Positions 12,445 to 23,530 of a stretch of 64,000 nucleotides of DNA are shown in pieces. How positions within the stretch are numbered: the stretch's first letter is position 1; each line of letters begins with the position of its first letter. The DNA comes from Hydrolagus affinis. Taxonomy: Eukaryota. The notes below the pieces were generated by a model. That model did not search any database. It was not told the origin of the DNA and saw only the letters and a list, made by a program, of their open reading frames with translations. Location of the stretch: contig JAAILG010000428.1 in assembly GCA_012026655.1 (NCBI GenBank), positions 1 through 64,000 of the forward strand. The letters are read 5' to 3'. A program made the translations under genes and the position numbers.

Positions 12445-12961
12445 TACTGTATTGCACATGAATCATGATGAAGTTTCATTCAATATGTATCTTTTTGCAT
12501 CAAACCAATTTGTAACTATCCAAAGCAATAGTAACTATGACAAAGATCCGAGGAGAAGGTTACCCATCCTAACTCTTTGGTAGCAGAATAAAGCATGCAG
12601 AAAAGAAAGAGAGAGACAATGAGAGAAAAAGAGAGAAGGGGCACCTGAGAAATTCAGAAATTTCCAGTATCCATTGCCTTGAGGTGTTCTCCTGACGAGA
12701 AATATGCTATTAAATGCTGTAATTATTGTTTGACTTTTTCCAGTTCCCATTCCTGCCAATAATCATTAGAAAACACCATAATGCAATGTTGCAACTGGGT
12801 TTATCTCTGTACTGTTTGTTGTCTTTTAGATGGGACTTTTCAGAGAATGCTTGAGTATGGCATTTTCACATCTGTTCAATTCACTGTGAAATGGTTTCTG
12901 GTCAGTCAAAAGAAACCTTGAGAGGATCGGTGGAGCCGACTTGACCTCTCCTTTTTTGCAG

Positions 12962-13277
12962 ACTCTGCTGTCAAAGGGTCATTTCCCATTATTGTTTGGT
13001 AAACAAAGTTCCGTGGAAGGTATTCATTGTAAAATCATGCTCAATTCTCAATGCATCTGCAATTGCAGGAAGTACATTCGGGATGTGAGCTCTTTTCCTC
13101 CTGATTCATTCAGTCGCAAGGTGCAGCAGCAGTTCCCAGACATTGTGTTGCTTTCACGTGGAACTGTCGTAACAATGGTCAGTGACGCTCAGTGGGTACC
13201 TTGTTCCTCACGTTTGCATTTCCAATGACAGAATACCAAATGCCGCAAAATGACTGCTGGCAACCAGTTTGTGAAAG
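12962..13277 (+). other. Candidate exon, possibly with a coding start at 13225 (MTEYQMPQNDCWQPVCE, phase 2)
   Basis: Acceptor TTGACCTCTCCTTTTTTGCAG| at 12961 and donor AAG|GTAAGA at 13277/13278, in non-repetitive sequence. No homology recognised. Confidence 0.3.
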
Positions 13278-13289
13278 GTAAGAAAGAAG

Positions 13290-13560
13290 AAGCACATATA
13301 CCAATTTGATCCTGGCCTTCCAGAATATTTACTTAACTTCTTCCCATTGCAGTATCTTAAATTAATCCAATATCTCTGCCTCTGCCATCCTTCCCAGTTC
13401 CAGATGTTGTTCCATCCTTTTGTGTAAAGAAATACTTCCTGATGTCTGTCCTAACCTTGCCCTTCAGAATCCCGAGGTGTGCGTCTCTGTGCTGTCTTGA
13501 TATATATGAAAGTATTGTGCTGGGTGTACTTTCTTGATCCAGTTTTGCATCTCTTAATAC
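13290..13560 (-). mobile_element. Degraded CR1/L3-type LINE 3' fragment
   Basis: TGTGTAAAGAAATACTTCCTGATGTCTGTCCTAACCTTGCCCTTC is the reverse complement of the CR1 C-terminal region also seen at about 44110-44160. Confidence 0.6.
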
Positions 13561-14001
13561 CCATTGTGAGTGAAGGTGAAGTGAGAGATCCTTTGTTTAG
13601 AACTTCTGTCTTTATGATTTGAGTTCATTTACTTTTTAAAAACTTCCTTTCTGTGAGATAATTCTGTCCCTCATAGAAAGAGCAGACGGATCTCCCCATT
13701 TGTGTGAGACCAAAACCAGGGAAGAGCCACTGCCTTGACTCTCCAGCCACATTTCACAGGAACACTGGCATTTTAAAATTAGCAAAGCCAAACAAAAGTG
13801 TTTTTTTCCATTTTCTAATGCTTAACTGGGAATATCTAAGACCACATCCTGCCATTATTACTTCCTCACATTGTTGACAAATTATTCATAAAATGCATAA
13901 CTAATGTCCATTTACTGCAATGAAGTGGCTTTTGTCGCAGTCTTGACTTATTTTGGACAATCGCAGGGAAGTCACAATGCATTTGATTTTGAAGAGGAAA
14001 T

Positions 14002-14101
14002 AGTAATAATAGTAATCCTTGATGCAGTGCCTTATCAATCTTTGAGATGTCTCAAAAGTGTTTCTCCGAATAGACTGTACATTGTATATTTTATGGGTGA
14101 A
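14002..14101 (-). mobile_element. Old SINE 3' fragment
   Basis: AATAATAGTAATCCTTG..GAGATGTCTCAAAAGTG..TGTATATTTTATGGGTGAA. Confidence 0.6.
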
Positions 14102-14164
14102 GTGGGTTCAACCTGATCTTTTCCTTGTGTGGGGAAATCTTCTGTAAACCCTACCTTCAGGATC

Positions 14165-14275
14165 TAATAATAATAATCCTTGCATTAGATATAGTACTTT
14201 TCACATCTTATCGACGTCTCAAAAGCGCTTCACAGAATATACTGTAATGTGAATTGACTATATATTTGTGGGCGA
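14165..14275 (-). mobile_element. 3' fragment of the tRNA/L2-tail SINE
   Basis: Nearly identical to 8677-8784. Confidence 0.9.
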
Positions 14276-15214
14276 GACATGTCTGTAAAGTACAGTGACT
14301 GTCTATCTGTAAGTAAATTAGATTCATTCACACAATTGTGCTACTTTGTAGATTTATTGGGTTACTTTGATTGGTGAACTTCCTGTAACTCTGTCCATAC
14401 AGAACTGGAAGTGAACCCCATTAATACCCACAATGTAAGTGAACCACAGCCACTTGACATATGCACTTAAGCAGGGAACAAAACCTCAGAGGGAAGAGAC
14501 ATTGCAGGTTGTTCTCTTGCATTTCCAGCAGCTGCTGTTCAGACCATTCTCGCTGAAGGCGTGAATGGTCTGAACACCACATCCCCCGAGCCAAGCGCTG
14601 AGCTGGGAATGGACTAATGTGTGGACAGAGCAACCCAAAATGAGGCGAGAAATAGCAAAAAAAAAAAGCATCAAACAAATAGGTTTCTGTTTAAAAGTAA
14701 ATCACAATTTTTAATGTTCTTTACAATTAAAACCTGCTGTGCAAACAAAATGACAGCAACCAAAATTTTAGAGTTACCCTTCTGAGAATACAGACACAAA
14801 GGAGAATGCACGTTTGATTATAGCTCATCCGTGAACCATACAGTCACTGCAACTTGAAGTAATTAAGGGGAGGAGTTTGTATAGGTTAGTTCATTGCTGA
14901 GTAAATTGTGCGCTAAGGCAGGTGCTGGGGAAGTACAGCTGGATTCTCAGCCAGTCCTTCAGATTCTACATGCACTCTGTGACCAGCAGCTTCCTCACTC
15001 TTCCTGTGGGAACTTCTCTTGACTGTTCACACGGGCAAAGTCACTTGCCCACTTCCCAAAAGAGATGACTGCCCTGACTGTCCTACACTTGTGACATTAA
15101 ATTGGATTGAACCTTGGGAAGTGGGTGCAGGGAATCTTATATAAATTCTTCATTTTCAGTTCCATTAAATAGGCTTTATGTATATCCAGCACTGACATGT
15201 TCTTGACAGAGCGT

Positions 15215-15335
15215 TAAAGCACAGAAATAGATCATTTGATCCAATTAATCTGTGCCAATGTTTATATAGTAGTCCACATGAGCCTCTCAACCCTCCTTCA
15301 TACTCCTTTATTCCCTTCTCCGTTATGTGTGTACA
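15215..15335 (-). mobile_element. Degraded CR1 3' end
   Basis: CACAGAAATAGATCATTTGATCCAA..CTGTGCCAATGTTTAT..CCACATGAGCCTC..TTCCCTTCTCC resembles the reverse complement of a fish CR1 3' UTR. Confidence 0.5.
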
Positions 15336-16917
15336 ATCTGCATATAGAACAAAATATGGTCTGAATATGCACTGTTTCTTAACAGTTTCTCAGTAAGAAA
15401 TGTATAATTATTAAATTTCTAAAACATCAAATGTAATTTGGGAGAATACTAATTCCTAATTTAGTACAAGCCATTTGGAGCACTGGTTTTAAGACCAACC
15501 TGTTGCAAAAGAGTCCAGATGAAGTCCCAGATTGGTTGACGTTTAATCAAACAGAGTAATGGTTACATTAAACATAACTTTGTTAATATACTGTGACTGA
15601 TTACATTGTGTAGTAAATTAATCAATAATACGGGAAATGTTACTTTGCATTGTAACTGGTTACTTATCTTATAACCTTGTCAAGAATCTGGGACCCATTA
15701 TTTTGTACAGCAATTGTCAATACTGTAATCTGATAAATTACATTCTGCTTAAACAAATCCTAAATGGCCACTTTTTGGTGAATAAATGCTATCTTTCTGT
15801 TCTATATTTACTTCCCAGTTTATTAGTCTGCAATCAGGTTGTATTTGTTCTGTCGCAAAGTTACGCAAATTTTATCATTTGCTTCCACATCGTAAAGCGA
15901 TGGAATAATCTGTTATTGGATCAGAGCTGTGCCAGTTCTTACAGAGATGGAGAGAATGAGGCTGATTAATATTTGGCAGAGTTGACATCAGGCTCTTGAG
16001 CATTTCCTGTTCGTGCATTAATATGATTCAGGTTTTCATCAGCCCACAGAGAGAAATCAAGCTGGAGGTAGGTAGTTATCAATGGGAATACCTCACTGAC
16101 TGCAAAGTCTCCAGTAACCTGGAACTCAGAGTGAACACTGATGGATACAATCTTGCTGCTAATTAATATAAATATGGTATTAATGGCCTGGAAAGTGGGA
16201 TAATGGAGAATTGAGGTAGATTAGAATATATTTGACTGTGGCTGGGGACTGGACTTCATCTTTTGCTACATTAATTCAAAGAATAGTTTAATAGCAAACT
16301 ACTCTTTCCCTCTCCCCCTCCCCCCTAAATGTGTATCTTAATATACTTAATAATGTCTGTTAACTCAATTGAGTGAGGACTGGAATTTGATAAGATGGTC
16401 CTCAGTTCAAATGGTGATTGGCACAGTCAGCCTTTTATTCTTTGAGATTAATAAAAAATTAGGGTATAGACTGGTTATGAGGAAACATGACTGGTGAAGC
16501 CAGGCATGTCTGTCATCATCCAAATCACTTTTGGAGCTTGATCAACCTATCTAGGAGATGTAAGCATGGCCCTGACCTTGCAATTCAATGACATAATCAT
16601 TGGGGGGCAATCCCCATCCTAGGTTGTCATATAAATCTTTTGTGACAAAATAGATTATTCTTATTTGCTTGATAATTCCAAGGCTAGTGAACTTCTGACC
16701 ATGAAGTAATCCACTGAATATTAGGAATGCAATTTGGTGCTGCTGCAGTCCTTTCTCGCACAGAGTATATTGCTATATACAGTATAATGGACTAATATGT
16801 GCAGGATAACCAAAAAAGCAAAAGAAAATGCATCTGTATTACTTTTGCAAGCTGTTAGGGAATGTAATTTCTTGTGTACAGCACTTTGAACGTGGAATGT
16901 TCAGTTCATTAAATTAA

Positions 16918-17252
16918 TAAAATCCAGATCATTCAAAATTCAGCCGCCCGCATGGTCACCTGAACCAAACTTGTCTCCCCGATTACCCAGTCCTTGCCAG
17001 ACTTCACTGGCTCCCTGTGTGGGAGCAGATTGATTTCAAGATCCTCACTCTTAAATTCAAATCCCTCCATTCCTCTGCACCCTCCTACCTCTCTGAATTC
17101 CTCTCGCCTCACAACAGTACTGTCTTCGCTCTACTGGGTCTGGCCTCCTCCTTGTCCCCCGAATCCTCCGTTCCACCGTTGGTGGCCGTGCCTTCTACCA
17201 CTATGCCCCGAGGCTCTGGAACTCCCTTACGAGTTGTTGTTGTTGCTGTTGT
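16918..17252 (+). mobile_element. L2 LINE 3' fragment
   Basis: IQIIQNSAAR and LHWLPVWEQIDFKILTLKFKSLHSSAPSYL, ending in (GTT)n. Confidence 0.88.
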
Positions 17253-19843
17253 AGAGTTGCCCAAGGGTGCATCATGCTGGTCTGGACTCATCTGACAATA
17301 TTAGGAAACAAATCCTCAAATGGCACACGATGTACCAACTGACTCCGAATTTAGCTTGACTGGCTGGAGTAAAATTTGATGTAGAAAATTACTATAAATA
17401 ACTATTCAAGCCCACATTGCACCACCGTATTATTTTCAAAGAAAGATGAGTTGCAGTTAGCAGGTGTCAAAATGTTATTTCACTGCGCCTGTAATCTGAC
17501 ACAGTGATTAACAGTATTATTCTTCAAATTGGATTCTTTGTATTGGATAAGCTGGTTCTGATCCAATTTGTTTTGTAATATATCAAGAGTAAACATTAAA
17601 AACAGTTTATTTTCACAAAAAAATTGGCAGACAATAGCTGTGTTTCCTCTCGCTCATCAAACTTTTGTTTTCCTAAAGTGTTTTATGTCCGCTAATTGTT
17701 AATGTCCCTTGTGATCAGCACAAATTCTGTGTAAGTGCATCGAAATCTACAGCTGTATGGAACTCTCAGTAATAATGCATAGTGCTTGTTGCTTCAAAAT
17801 GCCTGTCAAGGTTACAAAAGACTGTTGAAAGCAACTGGCAACATTATGGATAACGAGCAAGTGTATTTATTTGCAAAAGCATTTTGTCAATTTTAAATGG
17901 TGTACAGTGACTTGTATGAAAGATGACTGGAATACTAGCTTAATGAAAACTGCATTGAGAGAAGCCTATTCCCCAAAGCCCATTGACAGATGATGCAATT
18001 ATTGTGATCATGGACCTGATGTTATTAAAGAGAAGCTGTCATGTAGAATACTAAATACAGTACTGTGTCAGGATGCTGATGGCTTGTGAGGTCGATGGGG
18101 CTATGTGTCAATGGTAGCTAAAGAATGAAAAATATTCATTAAGAGTACCGCTACTGGTGAGTAAAAGGACAGTCCCACATACAGTTTCTCCAGCTTGAAT
18201 ACTTTTAGCCTGAAAGCAAATCCAATGTGGTAAGTTTATGGATTGTCCTTAATCACGTCCACTTTGGATGACAGACATCATTTCAAGGTGCAAACATTTT
18301 CTTCTGTGCCTTCAAAATTCACAGCTGTACTGGTGCCCAAATGCATGGCCAAAATGAAAAATTTTAAGGTGAACTTTAAGGAGGAGGAGGAAGGAATGAG
18401 AGTCTGTCTCCTTCATGGAGTCGTCCAAAAGAATAAATTTATTTCTTTAAAAACATTACTGCAAAAAGACCACATTAAAGTGAGTGTCACTTTTGTTTGC
18501 AGTGCTGGCCATTCCATATTTTCACGTAAGCCAAACTACGAATTAGGTGTGGCTTCATTGCTTTCAGAAATTTTGCATTTCCCAGCTGCCTGACTGGACT
18601 TTGTGCCCGTTGGTCAAAGTGGCTCTCTATGGTGGTTGAAAATGTACATCACTGGAGGAGCCTCCTGGCTGGCTGCTCAGATGCAGTAAAAATTAACACT
18701 GCTCTGACTGCAGATACAGAGGGATCTCTGATGGTATGTCATCGATGTCAGTGGGAGTTCCCAAATGATGGGTTAATGGGCTATATGCTTGTTTATACTG
18801 CTCAGCAGTGGAAGAAACCTTCCTGAGGATTGTTTTCTACCGCTGATATAACTAAGATGTGTTTAGTAAGTAATGTTTAGCAAGTTTTTATGTTTCGGTA
18901 AGTCTGGATGTGGAAATTTCCCAGTTCCTGGAATGGGATTCACTCTTTTCTTAATTCTGGAGAATATTTGGGACAGGTTGGTTTGGGTTCAGGCTAGAGA
19001 TCTCAAAAAGTGTGGATGGGTTACTGCTAGCCTTTATCCAGCTGAAATCAAACAGCTAGCCAGAGCTTATCCAGCTGGGACATATATATGTAATTTTGTT
19101 GTTGTATACATTATGGCTTTGGCTTGTACATTTAACAAGGACCATGCAGGCAGAATCTCTGTCCCTATTGACCTTGATCTGCCCCTCACAAGTCCTGATA
19201 ATGAGTCAGATTGGCTGGTCTGTCTAGAACCTTTGAATACCGCAGAGCGGCTTGGCTCAGGAATTAGATTTACCAAGACCACTACAGAAGAATGCATCGA
19301 TTCCAGAATCACTTTGCTAAGTGTCACCTTGCAGTCACCTCAGCTCCAAGGAGACCCCGCTTATTCTCTTCCCCTCCACCACCCACCCCGAGGAAAGTTA
19401 CTGGTGTTTTATTTAAAGCTCTGGAAGCTTGACCAGAAAGCAGGATTCTTTTCAATAGAGAGGCTATAGCAGCAAAGCAGTTGTTGACGGATACACAAAG
19501 TGGCAAGCTCAAGGCACAGGGGATTGCATTGTGTGTTTTACATCTGCATGACAATACAGTGGTATTTCAAGTGCACCTGCAGGTTGGTTTGTGTTAAGCG
19601 ATGTGGACATTCCTGTGGCCTTTGGTACTAAATTCAGTTTTTGTACTTGTGAAGCCGTACTGATGTAAAAACAAAGTTGAAATTTTGCGAATGAATTTCT
19701 CGAAACCCTTAAGACAATGGAGACAAGGGATTTCTATCTCTCCAGTCTTGGCTGGAATCACAGGTGATCAAATCAGATGTGATCACTCTTATATTGTGAA
19801 AAAGTAAGTTGCGTAAACAAATTTAAAATAAACTTTTGGTTTA

Positions 19844-20155
19844 GGAGTGTTATTTGGTGGTTAGATGGTTAGAGCAAGAGACCTGGCGGGGTGTTTGATT
19901 GCCAGCAGGGCAAAACCTTGGGCAAGTTTCCTTACTCTACAGTCCTGGTAATAATCCCTCAAGGAAAAAATCAATAATAGAATCGGTCACTTCAATCCAC
20001 GACTGTTGTGGGACACCTCTGTATGCAATTGGCTGCCTCGATTCACCCCAAATATACAATCAATTCAATTTCCAATGGACAGTATTCTGTGAAACGCTTT
20101 TTGAGACATCTAGAAGATGTGAAAAGAGCTACATCAAATGCAAGGATTATTATAT
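19844..20155 (+). mobile_element. Near full-length tRNA/L2-tail SINE
   Basis: GGTTAGAGCA head, CAGGGCAAAACCTTGGGCAAGTTTCCTTACTC body and GTGAAACGCTT..ATCAAATGCAAGGATTATTAT tail. Confidence 0.9.
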
Positions 20156-20829
20156 AATAATAATATAATGCAATTGTTTTTTGGGGGGATACAAAACATG
20201 CACTAGACAGTGGGAACTTCAAGCTAGGATATTGCAATATACATTGAGAAAATAATTCAAAATATCAACCGAGCCTTAAATTAATTCTGAAAGCAAAAGT
20301 ACTCATGACTGAATCAGTGCAAGCCTGTTCGCACTTTCAGCACATCTAGATAATGATGGAGCAGAGCCTGTAAATGGGATTCATTTTAACATTGAGAACT
20401 ATTGACATTTCACACAAATTGATCCTTTCTTTCCCAAATCAATGATATCCACACACTGTTTGTTACTGAGCAGAGGAAACAGAGGTTTGGGCCTCTAATT
20501 GAGCCCAATCTTCATTCCACGTTTCACTCTTGCAAACAGCAAAATTGGTTTGCATGAAGCGATTTGGAATATGTTGGATTTTCTTGTTTTGTTTAAGAAT
20601 AATATAAGGAACCAACAATTATCACAATATATAATCATGGTGTAGACTGGCTACAGCAAGTCCCAGACTGGTTCCGCCATGTATGCTTTGTAATAACTAG
20701 ATCTTGTAAAAATAAATTAAAGATTGCGATATAATTGTTACTTTCAGGACATTCAGTGGAGCATGCTGTCTAAACCTGGATTGAAACTTTGCTTCCCTTT
20801 GATTATTCCATAAACTAAATCTTTTACAA

Positions 20830-21003
20830 GTTTCCGCCTATAAAACCCATATGCATTTTCTGTATATTCCTCCCAGTTTGAGGTGCCTCTATATGCCATG
20901 CGTCTCCCCAGTTTGAGGTGCCTCTGTATGCCATGCATATTCTGTGAAGCATCTTGAAGGCATGGTAAGGCGCTATATCAAATGCAAGGATTATTATCAT
21001 ATT
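20830..21003 (+). mobile_element. SINE 3' fragment interrupted by a 67-bp tandem-dimer insert
   Basis: The tail ATATTCTGTGAAGC..GGCGCTATATCAAATGCAAGGATTATT is present, with the insert at 20870-20936. Confidence 0.7.
20870..20936. repeat. Tandem duplication of an approximately 34-bp unit
   Basis: CTCCCAGTTTGAGGTGCCTCTATATGCCATGC-GT-CTCCCCAGTTTGAGGTGCCTCTGTATGCCATGC. Confidence 0.92.
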
Positions 21004-22431
21004 CAATACAGCAGATGAGAGAGAGAGTCAACCTACTCCCCAGTCTGATCTGTGACCAACCATGAAAGATGTGTGAAATTTGTTCAAGAATGAGGCACAC
21101 TTCAGTTATTTACTGAAAGACCAGTGGGGAATAGCAAACAAGAAGTCATATCCAGCAAAAAAGCAGTTGTATTTTAGCATTGGGTTCATGTCTATCTTGT
21201 TAAAAGGAGCATGCACTACAAGGGTGCCTTTTCTTACTGATAAACTTAATAATTTCTCCTGGGAGCTATAAAGTTTGCTGAAAAAGATGACTGGATTAAG
21301 AGAGCTATTTGCTCACTGTCTATTCCAAGTGTTCTCATAAATGATCACAGTACAATGCTGGGAATAATTCCCCCGTAAAACAGGAAGGGAAGTGTAAAGT
21401 CTGCAGCCGCTGTCTTCGCCTGTGGTAAACATGGCAATTAGGAAAGACTTGACTGATTCTGAATGTTTTAGTCTGACAAGCTGTAACTTGACCCGGCCAC
21501 TGGTGCATTGCCTGGCTGGTTGTCTGTGCTTGCCTGGCTGATTTGGTCGTCAGGTAATGACTTTGCAAAAAAGAAAAAGCACTTAGAGGTCTAAAGTGAC
21601 TAGAAAGAGAGCTATACTATGGATGCTTGATCAAAGCTATGTGGACAGTGCCTAATTTCTACTCCCTGTATGGTTTTAGACGTGTGGGTTTTACTTGAGT
21701 TGTTGAAATGCCATTCACTGTTTAGATGTTTGAATACTGCCTTTCTAAATGTAGGTCTCTGCCCAAGGTTCCTCAATATTTACAGTATCCTATAGTAGGC
21801 ACTGCAGCCAAACTTTAGGATGTCAATAAGGGTCGACTTTCCTTATTATTAATGTTCACTTCAAAGGGAGGACAAAGAAACTGAGGTGAGTGGAAGAGTC
21901 ATTGAAATCTCTAGGGAAACGCCCTGCTTTATTTTCTTTAATGCCTCAGCTTGTTTTCTCCTGTTGCCGTCTCGTGTATGCTGACGTGGTTAATTCCCTG
22001 CTGGAAAAGCTCTAAGTTGACACACTCGTGAAACCGGATACCTGTATAACTACAACAGCACAATGCTGATGTCAAAGCAGTCCCAACCCTCTCCCACCAA
22101 GCACCAACAGCAGAGACACTGACAATACAGTAAGCATTCTGAATTGCTTACCTTTGCTTTTGTCCCTAAAGAGATACTGACTGGTAACCATTGCACCAAC
22201 TCGTTTTCTCTCATCTGTCGACTGAACTACTCAATTAGGTTACCAACATTCAGTCGCTCTTACCTTCCGTTGTTCTCAACATGAATGATCACAGGCTTGA
22301 AATTTCTTGTGATCTTAATGTTTTTATTTTAAGATTTAACACTGAACAGAATTTTGGTAAATTCTTAAATCTGGCCTTAATTCGGAAGCTAATTTTCAAA
22401 AGAACAGGCCCTGGGGAAAAAACAGCTGCAG

Positions 22432-22502
22432 AATAACAACAACAACAAAATTACATTTTGCGTAGCGCCTTTCATGTTGGGAGGATGTCCCAAGGCACTG
22501 AA
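22432..22502 (-). mobile_element. L2 3' tail only
   Basis: (AAC)nAAAATTACATTTTGCGTAGCGCCTTTCATGTTGGGAGGATGTCCCAAGGCACTG. Confidence 0.8.
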
Positions 22503-22882
22503 AAACAGCTTTCAAATTAAGAGTGAATTGTAGATATTACCAAAATTCACATACTCTTACGTTTAAGACACTGAGTAATCATGAAATTTATAAGACTGAG
22601 AAATGTCAGGCGTTTGACCTCTACAGTGACGTTTTGGTCTTAGCATGAGTCATGGATACATTACTTCCTATGTGACGATCTTTCTGGATTTAATATCAAA
22701 TATTTCAGGGTATTTATAGATTGTAAAAATGATTGCAAATGTTGACAGGAGGCAGAGCTGCATTTCTTTAGTAGCATATCTCTTTTATCTATTACCCACA
22801 AAAGTTATGAACCTCAACCAGCTAATCTATTTTTCTGCAGGTCACACATTAGAGTGCAAAAAATATGTATCTTAATGTGCCT

Positions 22883-22934
22883 CAACAACAAAATTACATT
22901 TGTACAGCGCCTTTCACATCGGGAAGACGTCCCA
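22883..22934 (-). mobile_element. L2 3' tail only
   Basis: CAACAACAAAATTACATTTGTACAGCGCCTTTCACATCGGGAAGACGTCCCA. Confidence 0.8.
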
Positions 22935-23244
22935 CCTCCTGATTGTAAAGAATTTCCTTTATCTCTCCAGCATCCCAAACATCGTTTTACCACTGAAAGT
23001 GACTCCAGGTGACTTTGAATGAAGCCTGGAGCCCCTTCACCTCCCTTTCTTTGTCTCAAACATTTTATGTAAATTGGCAGTCTAGAATCTGTGTCCAAAA
23101 TTTGTAGTTGGCTTTCAGTTGCCTCTTGAATCCAAGAAAATGGTGGATTTTAGCACTTAGCAGGTCTATATCTTCTTGTGTGACTGTCACAGTGTGAAAA
23201 TGAGAAGGTTTAGAGATGCAGAGTTAGACCTGGGGTTCCGCATA

Positions 23245-23325
23245 TGGTAAAACCTCGATAATCCGGCACAATTGGGCCCACGCACCTCCCTGATTTCGGA
23301 GTTTGCTGGTATTTAGAAACCTAGA
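23245..23325. mobile_element. One end of a Tigger-like MITE
   Basis: TA|TGGTAAAACCTCGATAATCCGGCAC resembles the TIR of 28808-29354. No matching other end was found. Confidence 0.45.
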
Positions 23326-23464
23326 AATGGACGGGGGAGCCTCACTCCATATACCACATGTGCTGTAAACCTAGCACTGCAGCTAAACAATAATACTGTA
23401 ATAGGGTCCGTCGATATGGAGCTATTCGGATCTGTGTGACAAGATATTAGTTGTAAACGCGGTT

Positions 23465-23530
23465 TGTTTAAGTTCTCTGGGACGCTATCCCATGTGAAGG
23501 GCACCATATCAATGCAAGTTGTTGTTCTTA
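23465..23530 (+). mobile_element. L2 3' tail only
   Basis: CTCTGGGACGCTATCCCATGTGAAGGGCACCATATCAATGCAAGTTGTTGTT. Confidence 0.7.

Noticed and set aside
18873-19469. 198-aa ORF
   Set aside because: No recognisable domain or convincing splice context. It overlaps probable ancient repeat remnants and is likely a chance ORF.
20870-20936. CRISPR-like repeat of about 33 bp
   Set aside because: Only two units, a 2-bp spacer, no cas genes, and vertebrate context.
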